A stretch of DNA of 64,000 nucleotides, from the NCBI RefSeq assembly GCF_006345805.1, contig NC_042998.1, forward strand, positions 114,824,001 to 114,888,000, written 5' to 3'. Source of the stretch: Octopus sinensis (Eukaryota). This document shows, piece after piece, positions 26,418 through 40,332 of this stretch. The notes below the pieces were generated by a model. It was not told where the DNA came from and ran no database searches. It saw only the letters and a program-made list of their open reading frames with translations. Made by a program: the position numbers and the translations under genes. Positions within the stretch are counted from its first letter, which is position 1. Each line of letters begins with the position of its first letter.

Positions 26418-26679
26418 TTTTTGTTCAAGTTGACTCGAAGTTTCCCCCAGGGACCCCAAGAGACAAGTTAAAAGTTGGTATTATGACTAGGGTGCCATAA
26501 TAAGTCTAGAAGTGTATTTTAAAAAAGTATTTTGATGATAAGATGATAGAGTGATCTTAAGGTTATGTACATTTAAAAGTACTTTTGATAGCGTTTACAT
26601 ATTAGACTGAGTAGAATTACATACACGATATTTATCGCTGGATGTGAGCAGTTCCTACCAGCATTATTTTTAAAATTCT
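26418..26679 (-). mobile_element. R4/Dong-type 3' end remnant
   Basis: RILKIMLVGTAHIQR C-terminal motif and a 3' UTR ending in (TAA)n at 26351-26417. Confidence 0.6.
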
Positions 26680-26688
26680 ACTACTACA

Positions 26689-26751
<63 letters not shown>

Positions 26752-26796
26752 GCTGCTACCACTATCATTATGATTATGATTATTATTATTATTATT

Positions 26797-27010
26797 AAGG
26801 CGGTTATCAGGCAGAATCGTTAGCACGTCGGGCAAAATGCTTAGCAGTATTCCGTCCGTCTTTACTTTCAGAGTTTAAATTTCCCCAAGGACGACTTTGC
26901 CTCTAATCCTTTCAGGCTGGATATAATAAGTACCAGTTGAGCACCTGGGTTAATATAAACAAATTGTCCTCTCCCTCGAAACCACTGGCCTTGTGCCAAA
27001 ATTTGAAACC
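26797..27010 (+). mobile_element. SINE family 2 copy (aaggcgg..ggcagaatcgttagcac head)
   Basis: Aligns with 63027-63262 and, in reverse, with 59668-59908. Confidence 0.8.
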
Positions 27011-27629
27011 ATTATTATTGTTGTTTGTATTAGAATTCTGTGTTCCTAATTGACCCAACATTCTAATATCCATAGTAAAACAGTCCCACACCTGGATCTT
27101 TCAGTTTCTTTTGATTTATTTGTGGTTTAATTGTCAGCAAAGAGGATCGCGTGTTGGAGGAAAATCCTCGTAGACAATCACTGAAAACTTATTCTGTATA
27201 TCAAATATCAGATTTTGCATTAAACTGAAATATCTCAAATATGTCGAGGTAAAGATCGAACTAAGTTCTAATTCTTTGTTACATTGTACATTAGTAAAAT
27301 ACGTCAGCCGTTTATCCTGCTAATGATAAACGGCTAACGAATAACCGGCTAGGGGAAAAAAACAGAGCTGTTAAAATAGCAGAAACAAAATATAATTATA
27401 TTGCACATTGTTGGAAAAGGGAAATTCGAGCGTTCACAAGCAGGAATATTTATTGCTTCTCTCTCTCGTTGTATCAAATCGGTGTTTATAGGGTGTTATG
27501 TCATTTACGTTAAACATCTTATGATTAGATGATGTAAATTTATAATGCTAGAGTGTAAATTTACTGTGGTTATACAGATATACACAATCACACATATGTA
27601 CGCACATATAGACATATATACATACATAC

Positions 27630-27703
<74 letters not shown>

Positions 27704-28140
27704 TGTATACATGTATCTCTCCACTCTCATTTTCTCTTTCTCTCTCTCTGTCTCTCCACACACACATACACGCATACACACGCACACACACATATATGTT
27801 TGATATATAGGTATTATTTAAATAATATAGCTAGCACTATATTAGGCAAACGTGAGATTGATGATTATAGCTGCAATGTTTGAAGAGCGAAAAATCAATT
27901 CTGATAAATGGAGTGCAATTAAGTGCATATGTGTGAGCATCTAAATACAGTTGCATTTAAATGCAAACAAATTTTATTTTTCTTTCCAAGATGGTGATAG
28001 AAATCTATAATGTAATTTTTGACTTTCACCTACCTATCTTTTGGAATCCAGTTACACACCCGCGCATAGAGGCACACATACAATGCCTACACACACACAT
28101 ACACATGCACGCACCCCACATATATATAAATATATATATA

Positions 28141-28432
28141 TATATATACACATGTATGTATACAGAGGTAATATATATATTGATATGTATATATACAAAT
28201 ACATACATATACCTGCATATATATAGAGACATATATACATACATATACACATATATACAATATATATATATATATATATAATATATATATATATATATAC
28301 GTATACATACACATATATACATATATATATATATACACATGTATGTATACAGAGGTAAATATATATATTGATATGTATATATACAAATACATACATATAC
28401 CTGCATATATATAGAGACATATATACATACTT
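28141..28432. repeat. Tandem duplication of ~100 bp (28141-28242 and ~28329-28432) within a TA-rich block
   Basis: catgtatgtatacagaggta...tgatatgtatatatacaaatacatacatatacctgcatatatatagagac occurs twice, almost identical. Confidence 0.85.
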
Positions 28433-28837
28433 ACACACACACACACACACACACATATATGAGTGGGGATATCCGTCTTTCGATACTGATTGTTCAGTTG
28501 TTCCATTATTTGTATTACCTGCTCCTAAATTAACGTGTACATAGGTAGGTCTTTCATAGACAGATGCATCCATAACGTACTTCTCAGGCAGAACCAGTTT
28601 GATACATAGTGTGATAAGACCGTTACTTTTGAATTACTATTACAATTAATGTGACGGGCTTGTACACATAATCCTTGTTTTCTCTCACACATTTCGTTCA
28701 GGTCAATTGATCACAGGCCATGCCAAAAAAAAAAAAACACGCAACGGTTTGGCTATATTCCAACTACAAACACACTTACACACATGAACACCCGTACATA
28801 TATACATGTACAACATAGTTATAAATATAAATACACG

Positions 28838-28897
<60 letters not shown>

Positions 28898-30084
28898 ACA
28901 CACACACACACACACACATAACATAAAGTTAGGAGGTATGAGTTGAATATATTTATTTCACCAGATGATGTCCATTAGATGACGATCTTTTCGCAGCCAA
29001 AATCGTGGATGAATGATGTATTTTAATGTATAATATGTTTACATGTGTGCATATATAAAGTGAGTGGACAAAAGAAAGAAAGTGGCACTCACCACATCAT
29101 ATGCTTCCAAGTTTCGTGATACGAAGCACCCTCCCATCTCATCAGATGGATGCGTCCTGTGCTCCCCCAAAATTTATCGTAAGAGAGTCAAAGTGTTATT
29201 GATATTATAGGTATGGAGATCGATAGGTAGATAGTTAGATAGATAGATAGATATATTATACACACATATATATGTTACTATATTACACATGTATGTATGT
29301 ATGTATGTACTACGTACGTACGTAATGTATGTATATATGTATAGGTGAGTATGTTTGTTTTTGAATTGAATATTCACAAATTTTCCATACATCCTATTAG
29401 ATGTCTGTATAATACGATGTAGGTTTATGAGGTAATGAACATCATTTTGTAATTTCCGTTATTATTATTGTTTTTTTATATATATAAATATATGCGAAAG
29501 CTCCTCCGTGTGTGATTGTGTGCATGTGCGCATGTGTGTGTGTTTATGTCTGTCTTCGTGTATGTAAGTATGTAGATTTCTGTGTCAAGTTAGCCTTTCC
29601 AAATATATGAATATAAACTATGTGTGCATACTTGCATGTGCGTAGCTATACTATGGAATGTTTTCTTACGTTTGAAGTTGTATGTGTATATGTTGTCTAT
29701 AGCCTTTCAGAGAGGCGTGTTCCAAATTATTTGCGTAAATTAGTGATATTTAATCGAAATCATTGATGTTCATATGTTTGCTATATAAGAATTACATATA
29801 TGAAGAATATGTATATATATTTCTGTATTTCTGTATTAGTAATAATATGTCGTCAATAAATCGTAATATATACACATAATCGTAATATATACACATAATT
29901 GTACGTGCAAATATACACACTTACGTATAGGTACAACTACAGAAATACTTACATTTCCGTGCACAAATATATACATACATATCGCCATTCACTCATGCAC
30001 ATAGGCACAAAAATACATATATACATTCGCGAATATAAATTGCAAAGATAGAGCGTGAAATATGAACGCATTCTTATATATATG

Positions 30085-30250
30085 TATATATATATATATA
30101 TATAATATATATATATATGTGTGCGTAAGTTTGTATGTGTAGCGAAATACATACATACATACATACATACTATATATATAAATATGTATGTATGTGTATA
30201 TATATATATACATATATATATATATACATACATATATATATATATACATA

Positions 30251-30295
<45 letters not shown>

Positions 30296-30434
30296 TATAT
30301 GTATACATATATATATATATAGATATACTTATGTATATATATTATATATACATATATATATGTGTGTTTATATATATATGTATATATATTTATCTATATA
30401 TATATGTATGATATATATAAATATTTACATATAC

Positions 30435-30491
<57 letters not shown>

Positions 30492-30530
30492 CATATATAT
30501 ATATATATGTATGTATATATATCTACAGTT
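30085..30530. repeat. Large (TA)n / (TACA)n microsatellite block
   Basis: Seen directly in the sequence. Confidence 0.95.
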
Positions 30531-31025
30531 ATATATGTGTATGTATGTGTGTATTCATTATTTATGCACGCGTTAGAAACACTGATAGATTGATAGCGTT
30601 AACTATATTAGTAAATACATCCTTAGTTATATGTATTACCGCCCCTCGACACACACACACATTAGACACACACATAATACACACATACACATTACACAAA
30701 CACACGCACACACACCCACACACACACAAACTCAAACACCTCGACGCATTTGTACGTATCTAATTACAAATATTGCCTCACAAGCATACAAACATATGTA
30801 AATATATATAGAAACAAAATGTCTCAGTTATATGCATTTTTTCGAATTGCTCATATGTATATACAAGAACGCTTATATAAAATGCATACGTACACATACG
30901 TACATACGAATACACACGAACACGTACGCACATATACAGAGATGAGTAATTGAGTACACACATATTAATGAAATGCCTATATATGCATATAAACGTTCTA
31001 ATATATGTTCTCAAATACATATGTT

Positions 31026-31066
<41 letters not shown>

Positions 31067-31372
31067 GTCTATGAGTATATCTGCATACTGACATGTATAT
31101 GTATGTATCTATCTATATCTATATATATATATATATATATATATATAGATATGTGTGTGTGTGTGTGTGTGTATTTCTGTACGTGTTTGTTTGTGTATGT
31201 ATATTTGCCTAAGCATTTACATAAATCTATGAATATAAATACACAAACACATATGCGCCCTTACATATAAACGTACGCGTAGATATCGTCTCGTAGATTA
31301 ACGCATATTCATACATATATAAACGCATACATACTTATATCTGTATATATCATACACATACTTACATATACA

Positions 31373-31453
<81 letters not shown>

Positions 31454-31492
31454 GATAGATTCATACATACATATAAACAGATATACATTTAC

Positions 31493-31549
<57 letters not shown>

Positions 31550-32360
31550 TACAAATATATCTCATTATATATATGTGTATATAATAGATATATATATATA
31601 TATATTTATATGTATGTATATATATGAACATAGATATATACATATATGTGTGTGTGTGTATGCATGTATATATGAATATAAATTTTATGAATTCACACGT
31701 ATATTCGTAAATGTATTCTCACAGAGCAGAGCAAACAGAACAAATACAACAAATAAATATCATTAACCATTCTTTGGTGTTCGTTGTGCAGAGAATACGT
31801 TAATTTCCAATATATGGAGGGTCATTATCGGCGGACAGAATCTCATTAACACTGTATCTAACAGGTAAATAATACAAGTCTACCTGTTATTCTGCTTCTT
31901 ACGTTCTCTGTTCAATTTACCTGTGAAATATCAGCTTAGTTGAAATTAATCTAATCGATAAATTATGAGCTGTTAGATGAAAATTCTAGATGTGTTACAG
32001 ATTTGTTTATCTATTTACACATCGTGTTGTTAAGGAAAATGGCTTATGTAAAATGGTGTAAACTTTAGTTTTCGTGGCAAGTAAATAAGTAGTATTGTTG
32101 GGGATGCTGATGATGGCTGCGGTGGTGGTGGTGGCGGCAGTTGTAGCAGTAGTAGAAATAATAGTAATATTTGTGGTCATGGTGTTGGAGGTTAGGGATG
32201 TATGGATAGTGGTATGTGTTTGGTATTGGTGTTAATAGTATGTAGTAAATTTTAGGTGCTAGTTTGTGTAAAGTGCAGGTGATGGTAGCTGCATTATATC
32301 TAGGTATTATTATTGTTTTCGTGGTTGTTGTTGTTGTTATTATTATTATTAATATTATTA

Positions 32361-32408
<48 letters not shown>

Positions 32409-32430
32409 TATTATTATTTATTATTATTAT

Positions 32431-32497
<67 letters not shown>

Positions 32498-32500
32498 TAT

Positions 32501-32825
32501 AGCGTAGGTGCATGGCTTAGGGGTTAGGATATTCAGTTCGTGACCGTAAGATCATGGGTCCGATTCGTGGCGGTGCGTTGTGTTCTTTTACACGACACTT
32601 TATTTCACATTGCTCCAGTCCACTCAGCTGGAAATAATGAGATGTACCTGTATTTCAAAAGACCAGCTTTGTCAAATTCTGTGTCACGCTGAATCTCCTT
32701 GAGAACTACGTTAAGGGTATGCGTGTCTGTGGAGTGCTCACCAACTTGCAGATTTATTTCATGAGCTGGCTGTTCCGTTGATCGGATCAACTGGAACCCT
32801 CGTCGTCGTAACCTACGGTGTGTCA
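32501..32825 (+). mobile_element. tRNA-derived SINE, CORE-like domain, third tail type
   Basis: gcatggcttaggggttagg...atgggtccgattc head; gcgttgtgttcttttacacgacactttatttcacattgctccagtccactcagctg core; tail gttgatcggatcaactggaaccctcgtcgtcgtaacc. Confidence 0.75.
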
Positions 32826-32968
32826 TATATTTGTAGTTATAGCTGGTGCCAAAGCAGATGGTAGTGTATATATATAAGTGATAGTGTTGCTGATGATAAT
32901 GTTTGTATTGTTTAGGTCATTAAAGAAGGTGACTATTAGGGAGGGTGTGCTGTACATAAAGGTAACAA

Positions 32969-33189
32969 TACAATGGGGTGCTGAAAAGATCCTGGTTTTC
33001 AATAAAAGAATATACAGGAGGATCAGTTAATTATGATTTTATTCAACACATTCTCCTCTCAGATTCACACATTTATTGCAGAGATTTTTCATTTTTTCTA
33101 AACCCTATAAAATAACTCGGCGGGTTGGGCCTCCAGTCAGGCCTTTCGCGATACCCTTAAAACCATGAACTTTTCAGCACCCCGTCGTA
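32969..33189. mobile_element. Mariner-type MITE, copy 1
   Basis: TIRs tacaatggggtgctgaaaagatcctggtttt / aaaaccatgaacttttcagcaccccgtcgta with TA at both ends. Confidence 0.85.
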
Positions 33190-33959
33190 TGTATGTGTCT
33201 ATGTGTAACAGGGACGAATATAACATGTCTTTGAAATTTCAAGATTTCCGGAGTTATCGTCTACAACCACCAGCATCGCCATGGCCATCCCCCTCCTCCT
33301 CCTCCTCCTCATCATCAATAGTAAACCTCCCTCCAAGTCATCCTAACCTTTATCACCAGCTTCATCTCGATTTTCATCAATATATCCCCTTTAATTCATG
33401 TCGATGTCCTACACTCTATAGTTAAGGTAAATTTCATTCAAATCGATGACTACATTATCGACATGCCCCTTATAGTGTCTTTCAATGAGCAAAGCAAAAG
33501 GGCTTTTTGTTGCTATTGCTTCTGTCGCTGTTATTAATGTTGTTGTAGCTGTCATCGTCGTCCTCGTTGTTGTTGTCGTCGTCGTTGTTACTGTTGTTTA
33601 ACCTTACTGATCAAAGAAGCTTTCACTCTTAAATATGCCTTGTTTTACCCGGGAATTGCTTATTTAGGACCACCTTAAGTCTCCGTCTTCTGAAGATGGC
33701 AAGGAGTAATTCAAACATTGGTTAAAATTGCAAGCAGGTGAATTGACTACTTGGAAGATGCCGCTTGCAAATGTATCCCTAGGCTAGGTAGACGAACCGG
33801 CTATGATGTTCTACCAAGCAAATTTTACTTCCTGTCTATAATTTCCACGATTTTAACTTAGCAACAACACAGGTAACTGAATTTACGTTTAGTGTTAATA
33901 ATAATAGTTTAAACCGAACATTGCATGTTATGTGCAAATGTATTGAAATTATATAGCGA

Positions 33960-34297
33960 AAGTACATGGCTCAGTGGTTAGAGCATCGGACTTATAAATG
34001 TGAGGTTCTGAGTTCGATACTCGGATCGGGCTATCTGTTGTGCTCTTCTTGAGCAAGACGCTTTATTTCACGTTGATCCAGTTCATTCATCTGTAGAAAT
34101 GAGTCGTAACGTCAATGGTGCCATGTTGTTTTCAGCCTTTGCCTTTCCCTTGGACAAAATCGGTAGCGTGAAGAAGGCAGAGTGGTGTGAATGGGCCAAC
34201 TGCTGGTGTTCCACAAAACAACCTTGCACGGCTTTGTGCCGTGGAGGGGAACTTTCTTGGTGCAGTCCCATGGTCATTCATGATCGAAGGGGATCTT
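33960..34297 (+). mobile_element. tRNA-derived SINE with CORE-like domain
   Basis: tggctcagtggttagagcatcggact...gagttcgatac head; cttgagcaagacgctttatttcacgttgatccag core; tail shared with 23800-24135. Confidence 0.8.
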
Positions 34298-37200
34298 TAC
34301 TATGTTTTTACCTTTTTATATAACGGTTACAGCATCGCATGCGTGTGGTGTCTGTTTCTGATTTTCTGCAGCACCTTCTGCCGTTTAATAATAAGGGTTA
34401 ACGTTTATAAGATATGTTATGCTATCAACAGTGGTGAACATGCACTCGTTATGTTCTCTATTCATTTTAGCGTCAGTATCTTAACTAAATCTAATGTTAC
34501 TTCTGACAAGTTACTCATGAACTTGTAATTAATTAATCATTATGTTTCGTTTATAGAAAATGAATTCCAAGTGCAAATCGTATAAGACAATATTTATCTC
34601 TTGCAATATTCTAGATATAAATTATTGACAAAAAATTTGTAACACTTCTGTTTTTTTATTTATTCATCTAAAGTGTAACAATATATAACACATTGATAAA
34701 ATCTCAATTTATAAACGCTCACATGCTTTCTGTAGCCTTTGTACTGCTGAACGGCTATCGAACTTAAAACAACACAAAATGGAACTAACACACATTTCTA
34801 AATGCTTTATGCCATCACATGGATAGAAATTATCTAAGAGGAGAAATACAAAATCTATTTCAATTTCACTTTTCGTTTCAAACGAGATTTTGCATGTCTT
34901 AATGTTAGACTGCTGTTTTACGTATATAATTTTACGTGCTTGCCAAATGTATTAATTTAAAATAATAATAATGACCACAGTATTCCAACTATCCACCAAA
35001 TTGTTTGTTTACAAAAGTAGGGTAAGGCGATTGTCTTTACTTTAATAGTGCAAATAGAAACATATCCTACGCTGTCCCATTACACATTAAATCCCAAGCG
35101 CATACATCTCAACAGATAGGTAGTCAAACATAAGCGGAAACACACACACACAGACAGTCATGCGCACACAAATACGCTGATCCTTTGACGTATAATATAC
35201 ACATCAAACAGATTAAGCGAAAAGGCAAACACAAACACGTACATGAAGATGATTCAATAAACACGTAGATTCACACGCACAAACCAAGCGTTCTCAAGAA
35301 CACAAGAATAAAAAATAATATCACAAAAATTAAAGACCAATGTAAATCCATGTCCCAAATAATAAATATTTTGCCAACATTCTTTTACAGCAAGCAATAT
35401 ATGAAGAAAGAATACGGAATACTACCCGAAGAGCCATAGTATGCTGAAACTTGTAACACGACAATGGCATATACAGCTAATAATAACTCTGTGTGATTGT
35501 ATATACATGATATATGTTTGTGCGTATGTGTATAATTGTGTGTTCGTATACGTATGTATACTTGTGTATGCGTGAATGTGTACATTAATTCATACGTACG
35601 AAAATACAGACACACGCACGCATGCTTGCATTTATGTATATACTCATATACCCATACATAAATCGACAAATAAGGACATACATACGTACATACATGAACA
35701 TAAAAATTCAATCAATTAGCGTTTTATCCCAGCTTAAAACAAAATAACGCCTTGAGCTTGGTAAGATGAAAATAAAAATAGAAGAGAAGATTCTAGACAA
35801 GTAGCAAGTATTAAATAATACAACTTTTATGAATTTTGGCAAAATAACAATTTCTAAATGATTTGTGGCGGAAGAGAGTATTTGAGCAATGTTTTGTATT
35901 CAATTTTATTTATTGTCTTTATTTGTTTTTATGCGTGTCTGCACATCTGTGTGTTTGTTTCTAAGTTTCTGTCTGTGTACTCGTTGCATTAGCATATGAA
36001 AGTTTATACTTGCATGTCTTTCAGCGAGCGCGCGTTTGTGTTTGTTTGGTTCATATTTGCATAGCATTTTCTTTCCTTGCTTCATTAGTAAAATCCTACG
36101 GAAATGGAGCTGTTTATTTCAAAACTAGATGTAGTAAAGGAAAAAATTAGAAACATTTTACTTGCTGAGGAATGAGAAATTAATAGAAGGGAATGGACAG
36201 ACAGAATCGTTAGTGGGTCGGAGATAAATCTTTGCTCTTTTATACTCTGTTTACAAACTCTTTCGAGGTTTCATTTACCTTTTTATCATTCCAGGGTCAA
36301 CAGAATATTTTTATAAGACTCTGGGTTGGCGGAATTTTGAGTACGTCGGACGAAATCCGTTTTTAAGTACTGTTGCCTGATCTTTACGTCCTGAGTTAGC
36401 GAAGAAATCATTTTTATTTAACTAAGTCGTACTATTCTAGCAAATTTCTGTTGGAGAACATCGGCAGCGTAGTGAGGGAAAACTAAATAATTACTTATTT
36501 GCTTCTTTTTTTTATATATGTAAGAAAAAAAGAACAAGCAAAACAACTTACACTGATCTGCATCTGGTGAGGAACATTATTGGTGCAAACAACGACGGGG
36601 GCCAAGAATAATGGATTAGATAGAAAGATGACGGGAAAATTATGTCGGTGTTGGAAATGAGTGACTGAAGTAGATGTAATAATTAAAACAAAGGAAGCTT
36701 ATGTGGAAAAATAAATAAAACTCAATGATTGTTTCTTAGACGTTTTATCGACAGCTGGATGACAACATACGGAAACTTTCTCTCCTTTGGTTTTGTCTAC
36801 ATCCTCGATAACACGTCTTGGGAAGAAACTTAAGTTTCGCTTTTTATTGCAGCGGCCACTACAAAGATAATAAACCACTATTTTCATTATTGGTAAACTA
36901 TCAAAAATGAAAAAAAAGAACAAAAAAAAAATAATAAATAAAATGAAATAGCAAAACGTTACGTACAACACTTATTACTTTTACAACTTTTTTAACAAAT
37001 AAAATGTGTGAATCATTTTGTTTTGTAACTCAAAATTTTGAAAATAAAATTTTCTGCAGAAACTTCATCTGCAAAAGTAAAGTTCCTGGAAATACATCTA
37101 AGTTTCATTAATTAATATTTGTAAGCTGGATACTGATTTGACAGCTTGATATTTGTTTTTGTTAAGATGAACTTTTGCAACCAGGACCAGCTTAATATCT

Positions 37201-38063
37201 AGTTCAAATGCAAATTAGCTACGTATTATATATTTAAACTTTAACTATTCAAACCACAAGAATATTTTTCAGATTTCCTATTGAGTCGCATTCTTTCCTA
37301 AATATGTTATATGTTTTAACTGCATTTGTACAGAATAAGTTATATATACGTAGGCCGAGACCTTACTTTTCTCCGATATTTGTATAATACACTTTGTGCA
37401 GGGATCTGAGTGTACTAGGGGGAAGTTTACATTTCGTAGATTAAAGATATGAGTAACTAAAAAAGAAAAAAAAAGATATATTCCAATGTTCTATATCAAT
37501 AAAAGCAACTATCATGGATATTCGAATAACTGTAAATAGGATAAACAAAGCAACTTTTGGAAACGTGAGGCGTGACAGTGAAAACAAAGATCAGCACTGT
37601 AATACGTGTAACGCGCTTACAGAATCATAGAAAGAAACATTCAAAAGTATACGTTTTTGTTCGAAGAATTCTTCAAAAGTAGCTGGAGCTTATCAGTGCT
37701 CACTCACAATCCAGGTATTTAAGTATATTTTTGCTTGATACATAGAACGTATTAAACACAATTGCTTTAAGAATACTTTTGCAGATTCAGCACTAATTTA
37801 AATACAATATTAAAGAATATATAATTTATGAACAGGTAAAGATAATATAATGGCACCCTGGTTTTCTTGCATCGTAGATAATTTTCTAATTAAAATATGA
37901 CAGTGAATCTCTCTCTATGTATATACGTATACGCGGTATACTTGTCATGCGTGAATGAATTTTACCTTCTTATAACTACTGTGTCAAAAAGCGCATCTCT
38001 ATGCAATGACTGAACTTGTAACAGAAGACAGTCCCAAACTCTTAAATCTTATTCTTTCGTTAC

Positions 38064-38151
38064 CTTGCGCCATGTCCTCGATACAACGTCTTTCAGTCAT
38101 CTTTAGACCTGGCGGATTTCATCTCTCTCCAGATTTGATCTCGGCCGATTT
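38064..38151 (-). other. Candidate spliced exon (88 bp) of an unidentified minus-strand transcript
   Basis: Long polypyrimidine acceptor ...gtctttctttcttttggcag| and donor AAG|gtaacg. All frames carry a stop, but ATG ACT GAA... gives MTERRCIEDMAQ up to the donor. No homology recognised. Confidence 0.3.
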
Positions 38152-38550
38152 CTGCCAAAAGAAAGAAAGACAGGCAAACTGACAGAAAGACTGAGAAAGA
38201 TCTCAGAAAAGCACAGGTACTTTATAGATTACAAAAGGATGAAATACAAAGTTGACCTCAGTGACATTTTAGTTTAGAATAAAATGGTCCAAAATGATTG
38301 CTGAAAAGCAGACCTTAAACTGGAACGTCCTTACCAGTCAACTGCCTAAATCACGCCCTACCATCTTGTTTTTTTGAAAAAGGAGACATCAAATAAAATA
38401 TTCCAAAACATATTAGGCCTGAATAAAAACATGGTATGACCACTGCTGGAATGCCTTTCATTATCGGTCAAAAGGATCACTGCAGACTTGGGTCTACACA
38501 ACGACCCTAACAACACCCAGCTAACATTTCTTATTTTATGTGTAATACAT

Positions 38551-38584
<34 letters not shown>

Positions 38585-39262
38585 TATATACAAGTACATA
38601 CACACAGACACACTCATATACTCACACATATATGTTATAAAATAGAATAACTCATTAAAAGTTAAGCATGTTGAGGAAATTTTTGAAAAATTCAAGCCAC
38701 GCATCACATTTATTCTATCAATGCATTGTCAATTCATTACGAATTATGTTTATTCTGGGGTTGGTGGGACTGTGCAGGCATTTTATCATTCTTACAATGA
38801 AGACTCTGTATACACAACAAATTACCTAAAAAAAAAAATTACAAACAACGCAAAAACATGCAAAAAATCAATAATACGTAGATTTATTTTAGCTAAGTTC
38901 CGATTGTCTTGCCAAGACGATGTAAATGTGATAATGCCAATATCTTCATCTTGCTGTGATATTAACGTCTTGACTTGAATCGTGGCAGTATTTTTCATTG
39001 CTGCAGGCAGTTTATTTCATACATCTACTCTTTATTCACCAAATATATATTGCTGATGTAATAGTTAGCGGCGAGGGTGGTGGTAGTAAATAGTAGTAGT
39101 AGTAGTAGTAGTAGTAGTAAAAACTGTTTTCGTTGTTTTTAATGTTGTTGTATTTGCCGTTTGTTAGTTATATTTTCGTGATGCTGTTGTGGCTGATTCA
39201 GCTCAAACAGATTATAAATGGTAATGAAGTAGTTATTGATATTGATGTTATGTTTGTTGTAT

Positions 39263-39298
<36 letters not shown>

Positions 39299-40173
39299 AA
39301 GACGGTGGTACTCGTCGTTTTAGTCAGGTGGTGGTTATGCTGCTATTGTTGTTCATATTAATTTCTTGTTTGGTTTCATAGTTTATTTTAAATTTTAACT
39401 TTCAATATTTTTTTCAAATTTTGTTCCTACTTCCTTGCACATAATCACACAAAATACAACACACACACACACAGAGACAAACACACGCACGCACACACAA
39501 AATGTTATGTATACACATTCACGTGTCGCCTGCGTAATTTTTGGCTTCCGGCATTTACTAGAAAAGGTAGTGTAATACCTAACGTGTAGTTGTTTTTTCG
39601 TTATATTAGAAGCGAGGCTGTTGGTAGAGGTGGTGTTATTCTTGTCCCTCATTTCATTAAAATTTGCTGAAGGTTTGACAATCTATTCATATATTTATGT
39701 AATCATTTACACATTGATTTAAATTTTCCACTGTGATATTGCAAATATCTCACGATAATCGCCATTACCGCAGCCTTACGCATACTATTTATATATATAT
39801 ATATTTATTTATATATAGGTGTGTGTGTGTATATATGCACGCACACACACACACATATATATATATATAATATATATATATATAAATATACATACATACA
39901 TATATATATATATGTGTGTGTGTGTATGTATATGTATTTATATGTAGGTGTGCGAATTATGCGCTTGCAATTATGAACAAACGCAGACATAGACACCGAC
40001 ATATATACACACTAACGATTCTAGCTATATCTATGTTCTAACCGTGAAACACAAATTCTTACATCACCACATCCCATTACCATTCTTCTCACACTTTTAA
40101 ATATCTGTATGTTTATAGAGTAGATATCTAATTAAATGTTTGTTAGAGGTACAGTGCAATGTGTATACACGAT

Positions 40174-40219
40174 TATGAAAGATTCTCATAGACACATATA
40201 TACATACACACACACATAC

Positions 40220-40282
<63 letters not shown>

Positions 40283-40332
40283 GTATGTGTGTGTATATAT
40301 ATATATATGTGTGTCTATGAGAATCTTTCATA
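40174..40332. repeat. Fold-back palindrome centred on a (TA)n tract
   Basis: tatgaaagattctcatagacaca (40174-40196) and its exact reverse complement (40310-40332); the inner CA/TG microsatellites are also mirrored. Confidence 0.9.

Noticed and set aside
31792-31864. 73-bp plus-strand exon-like segment with one open frame
   Set aside because: The peptide is not recognised and the segment is isolated; such site pairs are expected by chance.
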